Part shown: positions 40,245-55,200 of the stretch, piece after piece | Layout: every line of letters starts with the position of its first letter | Numbering within the stretch: the first letter of the stretch is position 1 | NCBI GenBank assembly: GCA_030248215.1 | Contig: JASANG010000627.1 | Location: 124,001 to 188,000 of the forward strand | Direction of reading: 5' to 3' | DNA length: 64,000 nucleotides | Source of the DNA: Enoplolaimus lenunculus | Lineage: Eukaryota | Notes under the pieces: model-generated | What the model was told of the DNA's origin: nothing | What the model saw: only the letters and a program-made list of their open reading frames with translations | Database searches by the model: none | Translations under genes and position numbers: made by a program

Positions 40245-43200
40245 CTTTTCTTTAACTAAGTCTTACTTCCATAACAAATCGTACGCCATAGCAAACAGTT
40301 TCCGGAATATTTGACTTCTTCGCAATTCAGAACTATTTGGGTGGATTTTGTTACGTTCACGAAATTTCATCAAAGCCTGAAATAGCACAACAACTGAAGA
40401 CCAATTGTCCAAACAGAAATCAAACACGATAGTCAAGAATAAAACTGTCCAGTGTCTACAATATTTCTCAAGATTTTAAGTACATCTATTTACAGATAAA
40501 GATTAGGACTGCACTATTACACTTGTATGGACATTTTCGTACGTACAAAGTTTTCTCCACACAATTTTACGCTGGCGCCGTATGATGATAAAAAGTCAGA
40601 GAGCGCAGAGTAACAATTATACAGCAGATATGCACTCGTTGAGCGCAGTGAAACCACATACGTCTTGTGATTGCATCTGCTTCACCAATAAATGCATTTG
40701 TTTAATTGCGTCAGGACTTCGACTGAGGTACCTATGTGCAACGGCACATAAACTCACTGTTGTTTTGTCCTTCGATTCCTAAAGATAATAATTTGTATGT
40801 AACAATGTTAAAAAGATAGCGAACCGGTTGTTAAAATACTATGTCAGAGTTATACAGAACGCTTATATATAGTTTTCGAAAGGATAAAGACAGAATTAAC
40901 ACGTCTTTTTCAAGTAACTCTAAAACAGCTAACTAATACGTTAATGTTCAACGAGGCTATTAAACTTAAAACTAACGTGAATGCAAGATATCTTAAAATG
41001 CATTCAATTAAACTTTTCCAAGCTTACCGGACAGTAATGATGCATCATATCTCGTATCACTGGCGGCGGACACCAAAACTTATGCGTTGAAACCATAAAA
41101 TAACTGACAGCTTTCATCGTGAGTAGCTAAAAGATTAAAAGCTACAGCTAATTTTAATAAAAACATTAAATTATAATATACTAACGACAACAAACAACTA
41201 GACCCGTTTTCTCAAAATGTATGCAGCACCTATCGCTAAATTGATGATAGGACTTGTAGCTTTCGAAACAGTAAACGGTAAAAATCGAAACTCAGCCGAA
41301 TTTTTGCATTTAACCTGTCCTACTTCTGCGTTATTTTGACATCCCCAAATGCATTAGTTCGTGTGTTTGAAACTGGTAACAGGTACTATACGCATTTAGA
41401 CCCTTGATACAAAACAAATGAAAAGCAACTTTTTTATGTCCAAATACAATAGTAGCCATAAAACTACCTCCAAGTGACGATAGGTGCTATGCAGCTTTGA
41501 GAATATAGGCATACACGACAAAACTTGAACATTTAAATTTTGGACTAACCATATCTTTTTCCTTCTTTGAAAATTGTGCTCGAAACCGATTGCATCGATT
41601 GAGCGCTTCGCAATCAGTTTCATCCAAACTGCGTTTGCCACCAACTGGTGACGGATAAATAGTACGTTGGATATCGTCTAAACAAATTACCTTATTAGAA
41701 TCAGATCCGGAACTATAATTTAGTTGCAAACAGGCGTCTATGTGCAGCTGAGGGGCGAACTGTTTTTTGGCTGGACTGCAGTGGAGTAAGCTTAACCTTT
41801 ACAATATCTTTTGCTTAAAGTTAGGCTTAGATTTAAGCTTAGCTAAAGGTTCATCTATGCAGAGACGTAGGGTCCGGAATTGCTTATACTACTATTACGT
41901 CCTTCATAAATACATGGGCCGAAACGGGTTATAAACATATTTACGAAAATGATGAAAAATAACCGTTACTAGAAATTCAACTGGTAATTTTAATTAGTGA
42001 TGTGCCGATACTAAATTATTTGCTGGTGCCGATTCTTATTTTTACATTTAGCCAATGCCAAACCGATGCCGACTTTGGGGCCGATTCAAATTTTAATACC
42101 AGATGCTTAAAGAACTGATAGGATACTTAAAACTAGGGATATGCCGATTAATCGGCATCGGCAATAATCGACACTTTTCGTGAGTATATTGCTATAGATT
42201 TCATTTCTGGGCGCACACCAGTGTGTCTTCTTAGGAAAATTGTTATCTCTCTTGCGTTTGAGTTTGAAAAAATTAATTGAAATTTACCGTTGTTACAAAA
42301 TTATAATCGTTTATGATGGTTAGGGTTTAAACCTTGATACAATAATGTAATGTCACTGTCTGCTAATTAAGCATGGTGTACTAAAGTTGAAATAGGCATC
42401 GGCATCGGTTCGGCAAAATTTCAAAATAAGAATCGGCACCGGTATCGGCAAAAATTTTGGTATCGGCACATCCCTACTTAAAACCTAACGATAAACGATT
42501 ATAATATTCATGAAAACGCATCATTTCAATTAATTTTTTCAAAAAAGCTGGACCGATAACATTTCCCTGCTCAGACGCACTGATCTACAACAAAAAGTTA
42601 AATTGATAGGAGTCCAACTCACTGTTCAGTACACAAAATATAGGAAAAGAAACGGTAATTTGTATTACAGTGCGGATTTCCATGCCGATACTTACGAAAA
42701 GTGCCAAAATTACCGATGCTGATTAATCAGGACTTCCTTAATTTTAATATAAAATTAATATTACCACATCAGTAACCTTTATTTGAATTTACCATAAAAC
42801 GTTACGCGTGATTATTCCTTTACCGTTATACAAAACAAAACATATCTCTTTTCACGTTTACCTTGTTTATCTTTCGATGATTGTTGCACCAACTCTGAAA
42901 ACACCTTGCGATACTGTTGACAGCAACTGTTGGGAAGCAAAATTCGAAAACTGTACGCATTAAAGGTAAAATATTTTCAAACCTACGATCACGTTCTAGG
43001 AATTTTTATAACCATAACTGCGGCTACAATCGCGATTGCGCAGCATTAAATTTTCGATCGTTTGTAAACACGATTAAATCGTGATACATAACGCGACAGC
43101 AATGACGTTTTGGCCCGCGACTTAATCGCGAGCATTGAAAATTCGAACGCTAATATATAATCGCAAACGCGAACGCAATACACGCAATCGCGATACCTGC

Positions 43201-46200
43201 TTACTAATTTTTCTCCTGGACTGTAGGTTTGATTTAGTTGTTGTCAGAATCATTGTAAAATGTTTTACCACTGAATAAAACAGAAGATAAAAGATAACTA
43301 AATTAATTTCTAACTAACCTGTTACACTGATACCTTCATTAATCGTACTATTGCGAGGATTCTCTAAAACAGTTTGGTGCGGCGTTTATGGGCATGTTTT
43401 CATGCATTAAATGAGCAACAGCGCTTAAACCTACTTTAAAAAGATTATTTCTATTTAAAGTTTTAAAACTGACAAAAATGCATAGCAACGATTTAAAGGT
43501 TCCGTTAGTCGAGCTGGGTCGCCAACGGGTCAGAAGGAACCAAAGCGATATAGTGTTGTGTACAAGTCGTAAAAATTACATCTTCAAAAGGTGAGATATA
43601 TTCAGCGCGGTTTTTCGTACTTAGATGCTAGTTTCTTTTGAAACTATTGCTTCCACTTAAGGTCGCGGGAAATTTAGACTGAGTTTAAGTTTGGAATAAA
43701 TATATTTTTGTTTCATAGGAACCAAACTTAACAGCCACAACTGCGAATCATTTTTAAACAGTGGCCACGGTTTGGCTCCGGCTCTGGTAAAATCATGGCT
43801 CCAGGACAGCTTTACAACGACTGCACACTCTCTCTAGTTATCAGAACAAATTTAAAATCTAATATTTAGCTATTCGGACACTTAACAGAAAATGAATCTC
43901 TATCTTATATGTCTCCATAAAACTTATGATAGACACACTTAATCGAAGAAAGGCTAGCTAGAGTGCTAAAAGAGTTCACAACAATAACTTATATTAGGAC
44001 AACGTGAGGGTAGAGCATTGCTTTTTAGAAATGTAATGCCATCCGGCTCTGTCTGCTATTGATCGCGACAAAAACCATAAATATCGGTATCCGGCAAGTT
44101 TGTACTGGATACCTGAATATGATACGGAGTCCGTTTTGGCGGATATTGAGTTTTATTACACATAACATTAAAATATATTATTTAATACTAACTAGCTTTC
44201 GGAAGCAAAATCAACCAATCCCTGATATGAGCTTCATAAGACCTCTCATATTCACACCAGGTCTAAATTTGAATTTTTGCAAAATTTATTGTTGTGCTAA
44301 TAATAATTAGGCCATTATGCTTCAAAAGAACACCAAACATTAAAATTTCAATAAATGCAATCACCCGGTATCTTCGGGGCTACCACCGATTTAACATAGG
44401 AATGAAACAGCGTCGACAAACTAGCAACTCGGTTCGAAATTTCGTTTTCAAATCGGGCTGAACGTTGTTGCAGTTGACACAAAAACCATCGGGCATTTGG
44501 TCCTGAATTGATTGTCCAATTTGCATGGCGATGCCTATGTACACAAATATGTCCATCACACTCGCCGTCCGTCACCGTGCGGTGTCATACACACGCCATT
44601 AATACAATTTTAAAGTATAGCGCACCAGTACCACCCTTACTGCGACTAAAAGAGAGTTTGTTACATTTCATTTCAGAATGGTACACCAGACTCAAGTCAC
44701 CACTTGGCGAATACTAACTTAGGTACACGCATGTGCCAGGGTGCAAAGCGGAAATGGATTATACCGGAATCGGAACAGCAAATTTATACCGGAATCGGAA
44801 CTACAAATTTTGTAACTATACGGATATTTTGTATTAACAAGTATTATATTGATTTATGGTGTCTGCTGGCTGGCAACACTTCTCAAAAACGTCGCATGAA
44901 CAAATTAGCAATGATTTTTTGGCTGTGTAAAGCTAAACTACAATCAATTATTGATAAGTTAACTTATCAAAAACAATTTGTTAGATAAATGATGCAGAAT
45001 TTTCATACAACATATCACAGCAAGTAGGCCTTAAATTAAAATGTGAAAAATCCGATTCCGATTGATTGTGTAATCGGAATCGGAAATCGTTTTGAATCGG
45101 AATTCTAATCGGAATCGGAATTTCGATTGCACCCTGGCATGTGCCGAAACATACAATAGAATGAATAGTTGTTTTGCTAACGTTTTGTTAAGCAATCTAG
45201 CGTAAATCACGTAGCGTTTTCCACGACCATATTTTCCAAGTCGGAGCTTCGTAGCTGAACTTATACCCAAGAACAACAACGTCTGCCAGTTATTCCAAAC
45301 TTTAAAACACATCAAACACGGACAGTAAATCAACACAAAATTTACACAAAAACAAACAAGCAATAATAAAAACATACAAAAACATAAACGGATGAAATCC
45401 GGCAGTTCCAAATCGATTCGTTCTTATCAACACAGGCTCATCAAATGTGGTATCAAACAACGCACGAGGCTTTCGACAATCACGCTCCAGCGCATCGCGA
45501 ACTCTATTTTCGCGAATGTCTTCTACCATTGGTTTTTCTATAATATCACCCTTATATATCTCCGTAAACACTGTGTAACAAGCACTACAATACGATTACC
45601 ATATCGACACGTATTCTAAGTGTATGCAGCACTTATCGGTTGGCCATAACTCTCGTATCTTTCGAACCAACAATGGTAATCGCATAAGTTTGGCACATTT
45701 TTCAAATTTTCTAAGTTTTACTACTGCGCAAATTTTCAGATGCATTGTCAGTTTGAAAACGATCACTAACTGGTGATAGGTGCTATACACATTTTAGAAT
45801 ATGGGCCGTAGAAGCAATAAGTTGCAAGCAACGGGAATTTGCATTCTCAGCTGTGTGTAGCGTCTATCAGCAGTTAGTCATAGGATTTCAAACAAATAAA
45901 CTGCGGAATTTTTGGCATTTTGGAAATCTACACACGAATACGTTGATACCAAAGAAAATAATATGCGTTATTAATTTGTAAACTCATCGTTCACCAGCTG
46001 CAAATGTACAATGTCTCTGAAAAATCATTAGGTTCTTTACTACAAAGAATAATAGGAAGAATGCAAAATTTGACCGTACGTCGTACCACTTATATTTCCA
46101 ATCGACATTTATATACCTTCAGACATAGTTGCATTCCGATATCCCAATTGTGTACTGATACAAACAGCTCGCAAATGTGTCCAGAAAAACTCCACCGTAT

Positions 46201-49200
46201 CAATTGCGTCAAAGGTATACACGAACGATCTGTACGTTGACAAAAGTTCAGTTTCACTGAAATCAAATTCGTTTGGATGATCAACTACTAGATGTCTTGC
46301 TTTGGTTGGCGAAGTGTCGACAACAGCGCTACATTTATGCACATAATAGAAATCCTAAAAACAATTAAATTCCAGTATTATTCAAGTTGCAAAATAAAAA
46401 TATAAATAAGACTCAGATTTTAGTTTTTAAATAAGTTGAACATTAATTTAACTCGAATGCTCTAGGTACGTAACACCGCAAGGTCGATCAGATTGAGAAA
46501 ACACAGCATAACGCAATTTGGCAGTACGAAACCCAGCAAGATCGATTGGATTGAGAAAACAGAGTTTAACAAAATTTGGTAGTGCTGAGGCCACTTACTA
46601 AGCTGAACCTTCATATTTCCTGTATTTAATAATCTATTTCACTCAAAAATCATAATTCGATAAATAAATGACTTTACTAATTTTACGCGTCCTAGCCGTG
46701 TATTTATCTATAACTCTAGTGTCAAACACTTATACCAAACAAGACATAACCCTTTACATTCTAGGACGATATGCTCAGCATTCTCGCAATATTAGACTGC
46801 AATTTCTACCTGCCTGTGTATCCCTATGTTTAATAATTGTCACATGCTAATCTAAATAGCATGTCTTGTATTGCGATCCTTATTTTCGTTTTATTTAATT
46901 TTCACGGAAATTTAGTTTTTGACAATGGCGACCTACACACCGTACCCCTTCAGAATTTTTATAAGTGGCCATTTCCAGTTGTGGCCCTAGAGTGATGAGG
47001 CCCATATAACAGAGAGCTTGTAACGTTGGGTCCAATGCATGCACGTGTCTTCGTTTACTCATCAACGCGTACTGCATTTCAGCTGGCAAATCCGACAGCA
47101 AAGTATGCCGTCTAACTGGGTCTGTCAAGTATTCTTCAATCAAGTCGATCTGCGAAAAACAATATGCAGTGCTAAGTACGACAGATAGCCTCTTGTTAAA
47201 TATAGGCGGCTGTCCACTGAGGTTTCTCTCTTAAGTGCTACAAAAGGGTATGCCCATGGTTTTCACTTACTGACAGCTATATATTTCTGAACCATCAATC
47301 AATTGCTATACCCCACCTTTCTCTTATACCATTTACTTTTTTGTACAAGACCGGCCTTATTCATAAGCATTTTAGCGATAAGCAGTTATTCAAATTACTT
47401 TGGAAAATACTGTTAAAATTTAACTGTACTTCTTAGATGAATAACTGACAGTTATGGACTCTAATTAGAAAATTTTAGCATATCAACATACGGATACGAT
47501 TTACGAATACACTCATATTGATACGAATCCAAAACACGAACCTTTTTATTACCATAATCTTACTAGGTTCACTAGGCTAGAGTACCAGGAATAAGTGTAA
47601 ACCTCGATTTTTTGCGGTGCTACATCGTAAAGGAATTCATGCTAAACATTAACGTTTTTACATTTATTCTGCAAATTAACCATTTAAAACACTAATAACG
47701 CAAAATAAATACGACAAAATTAATTATAATACTTACTTCGTGAAATGTCGTTATCAACATAACGAACAACGATAACGGTAAACACAAAAGCACATCGCGA
47801 ATCATGAACCAACCGTTTGGTATCCCTGAAACAATAAAATTAATATAACTTACTATATGAAACGGCACAAAGCGTGACAAACCTATACGCTAATAAAAAT
47901 TCAAGACAAATATTTAAAATCGAAGAACAAAACTTCAGTTGGAAAATGCAACTAAAATCTCTACCAACAATATCATGTTGATTTGTAGGACGCAAGGATA
48001 TATACGCCACGATTATTTTTATTATACCGCAGGAGTTATTATTTTATAGATTTACACGTACGCGAATGATGAGATTAGCTCGAAAAATGCAGCGAAATAT
48101 ATAAATAACAAAATCAGTCTCCGTGGTAACCGGTGAAAAAGCAACCTACAAGTGTTTGCAGGATGCGAAGCGAAACTGAATTATACCGGAATCAAAATCG
48201 AAACAGGCGGAACTGAAAAACTTCAGAGATCATACATTTTAAAACATTGAGATTATTATGTAATCAATATGCGCTAAATCAATAAATTGTTTCAAAGTTT
48301 AGCCGCAATTCCTATTCCGATTAGAATTCCGGTTCAAAACGAGTTGACTCTGATAGCATAATTAATCGGAACGGAATTTTGATATTTTAATTTTACACCT
48401 TCTTGTGATATGTTGTATAAAAATTCCGCATAATTTATCTATTAAATATTAAATTGTTTCCTATGAGTTAACTTACCAAATTAATAGTAATATAGCTTTA
48501 CAGAAGCAAAAATGATTGCCAATTTATTCATACGACGTTTTTAAGAATTGTTGCCAGTCAAAAGACTTCCTTAATCAATATTATACTTGTTAATACAAAT
48601 TATCCATAAAGTTACAAAGTGTGTAGGTCCGATTTCTATTCCGATTCCGGTATAATCCAGTTCTGGTTCGCACCCTGGTGCAAGCTATTCTTTACAAGAA
48701 AAAGACGCTCAATTGTAAATAACAGATTTATGAAATTCGGGACCACTACCGTAAACATCCGGTATCCTTATTAAACTGGATCACGATATCCGGTAGCCCC
48801 TGGACTGCTCATATGCACAGTTCCTTACCATATTACGTTTACAAAAAGTGCATAATATTATATTCACCAATATGAAGCAAGTGGCTTGGCTCAGCATACC
48901 GTGAAACCTAAATTGCTACCTAGCTCCCAAAATCACAAGCAATACCAACTACCGTACAATTAGCACGAACTTGAAAACATCCACTAAATTGCTAAATTTC
49001 AATATTCGCAAAAAAGTTACCTCGCTTCGAACCAAAACGATCACACAGCTCAGAACTACAGTTACGTGAGGCCGAACTTTTGACCGGTGCCGCTGCAACT
49101 CTAGTTTGTGAGCCGAGCCCATTCCTTAGGTCATCAATACAACAAACATACCTTGATAATTAGGCGGCGGGGGCAAAAACCGCCTCCAGCTAGCTTCATT

Positions 49201-52200
49201 CACATACACATGTGGTATGTTTGTTCTATCCTCATTCTTATAATACGCTACCGGGCAGTACACTGCAACCGATATTTTATCACGTTTTGGCGACCTTGAT
49301 CGTACAATACGAGGCTCAAACATTGACAAATATCGATACGCAGGACCAAATCTTTCGTCGAAACTTGGACCAGCGCCAGTGTAAAAGTACAGCCAATATT
49401 GTAAAAATTCATGAAATATTTGCATTTTGATTGCTTTCGACTGTGCGCCGTATATTGAAGCGATTTGCTAAAACAATAACTTCCATTGTTACGTCTGTAA
49501 TTCTGAACGATATAACTGACACTCAAACCGAAATGCCATGTTGTCAACAAACATTGGTTTCTCACCAAGCTGGTGTACCCTTTACTGAACTTTTTTCCAT
49601 AAATTTATAGTGACAGTAAATGTTGCCACTATATGCGCGTTTGTCCGTGCATTATAATTCGTGTATTCTCACTCATGCACACTCATACATGAATTCAGCT
49701 GTTTTGACCCATTTTTTATGTGGGGAAAACAAAAAACTTTGCAGCTTTGCGGACAAAAACTAACAATTACCATGCACTAAAACATACTGGATTATACTTC
49801 AATTGCACTTCCAAAGATTTCTTTTCTTCAAACTGTCCATCTGCTGTAGCAATCAACGTTCCCAAAGCCGGTATTTTCATTTGCCTTTTACTTTTCGAAG
49901 TAATCATTTCGCTATCACTTTCGCCCTTCTCTTCATAAGAATCCGCCTCGTCTACTTCCCCGAACCCGCTATTAACAGCCTCACTATCAGCATCACTGTT
50001 GTCAATAGAATGCTTGGGGTGTCTTAAACTGCGTCTAACATTGTGTGAAAGTTCCTCGACATTTTTAAGTTTGCCAGTTTTATCCGGACCTGTACTCAAA
50101 TCATGAGAAAACTTAGACGTCTTCCGACTAGTTTTTCCAGCAACCTTTGTAGTCAATTCTTCTGACTCTACCGCCTGGTCTTTAACGATTTCAGATTTTT
50201 TCAATAATTTGGCTGATTTATTCCTTGCACTGACACTTTTTGATTTAACCTGAAATAAAAAACACAAGAAACTCAAATATATCAGACTGTAAGTATAACG
50301 TCGTTGCAAATATTGTACCCATCTCAAAATCCACTTGTTATTTCAAGCGAATTGTGTAATGTAATTTACTTTCAAGGACTAAGTAAGACTTAATTCCTGT
50401 TCAAAAACTGCTACAATAAACAAAGAACCAAACGGTTATCACCTAAACGTACCTCAGCTGATGCATTATCACCATTAGTCTTGTCTTCCCGCACGGGATA
50501 CGACGCTAACTGCAATCTTGAAATAGAATGTTCAATTGCACCTTTAAGCTCAGCGCTTTCATCAGTTATATCAGGTAGTGAATAAAACTGTCCCTGAAAT
50601 GCAAAAATTATTTCAGAAAGCCAATAATATTTTTCGTGAAACTTACAACTTCACACAGCCCAAAATTTTAAAAGGCCTTGCAAAAAGTTTTATCCGGCTT
50701 TAGCTGTTTTAATTTGCCTGAGTTTGGGGTATTTAAAAATTACTGAATTTGACGTAGTTAAAACCGATGCTTAGGTCAAGCTAACAAATTCTGCAAAAAT
50801 TCGAAATTTTGTTACTGCGTATTTTAAATAAGAGACCTTTACCAACACTTGAAAAAATATACAGTGATTCAAACGCTGCAAAAACAATCCACCGCTACAA
50901 AAACAATCCACACTTACCATTCTTGTTTGGTTGTTCACTTTAATGGGTGTAGGGTGCGCTACAATTGCATTTTTGTCGATTAGCTTTCCGGTCAGCTTTG
51001 CAATTGTTTTACGATCAATAGTAACACCATCTTGAATTTCAGTGTTGACCATCTTAACGCAAAAATAAACAAACCTATGGAACGCTCTGCGCGAGGCAGC
51101 ACTGGTCATTATAGTGCAACCCTAAATGATGCTTCGTCCGTTCAAGTTCTTACTATTCACATTTGAAGATACCATTTGTCTCGCATATTTCGCTACAAAA
51201 CTTATATTCATATTTTCTAACAACGAAAAGTTGATTTTCACTGGATAACTTAAAATTTTTACCATTTTCTGGGTTTTGAGTATTAATATAACTAAAATAT
51301 GAACTAAACTAACCCTAGTTAAGTACTGCAAAAAATCAACAACACGATACTTTTTGATTAATTTCATCACAGTTAGCATAATATTCGCGTGGCGCTGCGT
51401 TAAATCTGAAACATCAAAATATAATAGCAGAGCGTTTAAAATACAGCAGTTCATTCTGACTGAAGTATTTCGTATAAAACTTACATTGTCTTGAGCGGAT
51501 GCGTGTGATTTTGAGATGATTGTTAACACATATACAAACTCGTATACAATGATTTTCTAGTAAATGCCACTACAAAGCCTACAGGTTTGCCGGAATTTCG
51601 CTCGTGCTGCAACATAATAATTCCTTAAACAATAAACCAGCCCGTATACCAGAAATAATTGCGTCATACAGTCACGGACATTATTAATTGCGCAGAAACC
51701 GCGACTGCGTCCACTGTGGTACCGGTTTTGTAGCCGCGTCTGAATTTTCGATAGATTGCGGCTCAAACGTGGTTTGAGACGCGTGACCGCGATCGTAGTC
51801 ACCATTTGAATTGTGTTCGCAATCGCGGTTTGAACCGCGACACAGTCGCGATTTGAATCGCATCTGTAACCCCAATTTTACCCGCATCTGTAACCGCAAT
51901 TTTAGCTGAGTCTATAACCGCAATTTTTAACGCGAAACTGGGTGCGCAACAATTCTCGTAACCGCGGTTATTGCGCCCACGTAATTTGCGGTTGCGAGCG
52001 ATTGCGATTGCGCATATCAGCGATCGCGAGTCAACCGCGTTTGGGTCACGATCACGGTTGTTAATTCTGTCCGTGACTGTACATTATACTCCAACATAAT
52101 CACCAGATATTTTCCGCTTACCTTTGTCATGAAACTGAACGCCAGTTAACTGTTCAAGCTCAACGAGCTCAGGATATCGAGGCCTGGGAAATTCTGCAGT

Positions 52201-55200
52201 TGTATACCTAACAAAAAAATGCTGTCCCTGTCTTAACACACAAGTTTCAGTTAACATTACATCAACATGAAAAACATTATTTCTAACCGGCAGTAAGAAA
52301 CATTTTACCATTGTGAACATTGACACAATCTAGAATTTTATAAGCTTATAACTCGTACCAATCAGTATGCATAGTTTAGAATAATTCAAATGAAAAATTG
52401 CTCGAACCGCTATCGATTTAAATTTTTAAATTACCTGTTAACCCGGACTTTGCCTAGTGATTCGGCGTATGATTTTATATGCTCAGGATATCGTTTACTC
52501 AGACGGGCCAATTCACGACTCGCTAACTTCCTTGAAACCGCAAAATGTCGAGATACATCTGCCGATGTGATTCCTTTGGTACCGCCTTCTCGAATAAATG
52601 ATGTTAAATTGAACAGTTCAGTTCGAAATCGCATCATTAGTCCTTGACCTGAAAAAGTTATGAAACTAGAAATTACGCTTGAAATGCATTCCGTACACGA
52701 GATATAACAGTGTAGACACCAAACTACGTACGTAGTTACATTTTCTTTTAATTCAGTATACGCCATTCATATAAACACAACTTCAAATTTCTTGAAAACG
52801 TGCCCCATGTTAAAATCCCGGCCTCAGCTCTATACTGAACCCACAACTCCGGTCTCCAAAGTTTCATTATTTTCTTAAACTTAAAAGACATACTTCGTTT
52901 TCATGACATGCCACAACGTAAACATAATGTCGAAATGTCAGCATTACAAACTGCAATAGCATCATTGTTTCAAAAACGAAAAAACGATCAGTAACTATCC
53001 ATGGCTTATACTACACAAACGAAAAAAACGGTTACTTGTTTTTACAACCAGGCAGGCACCAATTCAATTTCGTATCCATCTTACCTAAGCTCTGAAGTTA
53101 TTTTGCCTCAATCAAATGGATTTTCCCCTAACCCATCATGAACCTTGAACATATCTGAGCAGTATTGTAATAACAGTTAACTATTAGGGCCTAAAGAAGT
53201 TCGGGCTAAGCACTTGCTAATATATGGGCGCTCATTGAAACTGGGATTTACCGAAACTGGAACAATAAATATACTGAAATTCATACCAAAATCCCAACTA
53301 GAAATTTGGCCACTGTTTGTAGCTTATTGTAATCGAAATTGGAATTCCATGTGAACACTGTTAAACAAGCCAAAAGCATTCAAAAAATCATTTTTAAGAA
53401 ATATAACAGAGTCGAGCCTAAACAATGAGTTATCTTACCCATCTCTTCAATACAGTCCGGTATATTTGAAATTGTATCACTAGCATCCTCGTCTCCAACA
53501 TCACTGTCAACTTCAGTTGCATCTTGTGCCACGAATCCTTTGGCCAACTCACAAAAGTCAACATTATACCGCTGATGAACTAACGCTCTTGTAACAATTT
53601 TCAACTGTTCTGTGTCGTAAGCAAATTCGTTTTTTTCAGGCCCCGCACAGATGTCAATACTTGTTGACGCAGCGATTTTCGAACCACTACCATCTGGCAT
53701 CGGTTCAAAGTCCTGCAAGAAATATTTTCTTTACAACATTCTCAAAAAAGCATTTTATCTTATAGTTTCAACGTCAAATAAACCAGGGATTCAGTATTAT
53801 ATCGTAGACGTCATATATTTCGAAGAGGTTATACGTCTAAGTTAATGCTTAAAGTTTATATAATATCCTCGGGAACTTTCATTTGTTATTGCGTGATAAT
53901 AGAAGTAACAGGTAATTTTGTATCTATCGCACTGTGTTAGGCAGGGTATAACCAGATATCCGTTTCCGCTTCCGGTAAAAATCAATGTCCACTTCCGTTT
54001 CCGTTATAGAAATAACGGATATTACGTTATTTTTAAGTCCAAAATAAGTTATAAATCACGCATATATCTCGCATTTTTTGTTACAGATTCTGCAATTGTT
54101 CGAAATAAAATAAAAATTACGAAATTCATCCAAAATCTTAAAAATTTCAATGCATTCACCATTTTTTAGAAATCTCCAAAACACCGGTGAATTTATGCAC
54201 GCCTCAATTGGGTTGCAGAAAAATGTCTACACGACCACCAGAAAAAATAAAATTATCAAGTTTTTCTTATTTCAATATCATAGACCCGTATAACTCAAAC
54301 AACACCTGGCTCATATCAATCTCTTGAGACATGCTTGTTTCTGGCTCATCATCAGAACCAGTGTCGTTGTCTAACACATTTCCTTGGCAATCAGAACTGG
54401 CTTGCTTGAGCAGAGGTTGCATGGAAACCAAATATTTAGCATAATCGTCGCGTGATATCCTTTGCCTTTTGCGAACAATAGCACCATTGCTTAAGCGCAC
54501 AACATCGGCAACGTTAGACTGCATACCAGCAAGTTGAAGAATCTAAAATCAAAATATGCGGCCATCAGTAACTCACCGTTGACAGAATATAGCACAAAAG
54601 TAATAGGCAAAACCGAGTCATGTCACAAGACTGGCTTCTCCACAGCAGGGGGCTCCAAATTTTCATTTTCCCCCGGTAAAAATTTTGCCGCCCCCGGAAA
54701 GGCCCCCCGGCGAATTTTCGGCCGCCCCCTAGCAAAATGCCCCCAGCAAATTTTTTGCTGGGGCCCCAAGGACTTTTCTAGGCCAAAAATTTTCAATGTT
54801 AAAACGTAAAGACCTGGACTACTTTTGAGGCGGACATTCGGCAAAATATGATTTTATATTACGCTGTGTACTCATAATTTTTTAATAGCGTTACAAATAC
54901 CCGTAGTAACTAATACAATTCAATAATGAACTGAAAAAAAGCACCATTATATAAAGACCGTTTCAGGGCATACAACATTCGAAAGTACCTTGCAGCAGCA
55001 AGTTCAATCCGCCTGAGCCTTATGATAAACCGAAGCGGTAACTAATATATAAAAAATATATTAATCACAGTTTCAATTATAGATTAGCTATGTTTTATAT
55101 AATTGTGCTTCTTTCAACTTCTGGTTAAGTTGTCAGTAATTTAGTTAAAATTATTGTTATTAGCGTTTGCGAGAAATTTAGTTATGTTGAGCGATGAGTA

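Noticed and set aside
40758..40778. 21-nt microexon ESKDKTT ending at GTGAGT
   Set aside because: The frame continues to a GTATGT donor at 40661, and the longer exon fits GTF3C1 similarity better.
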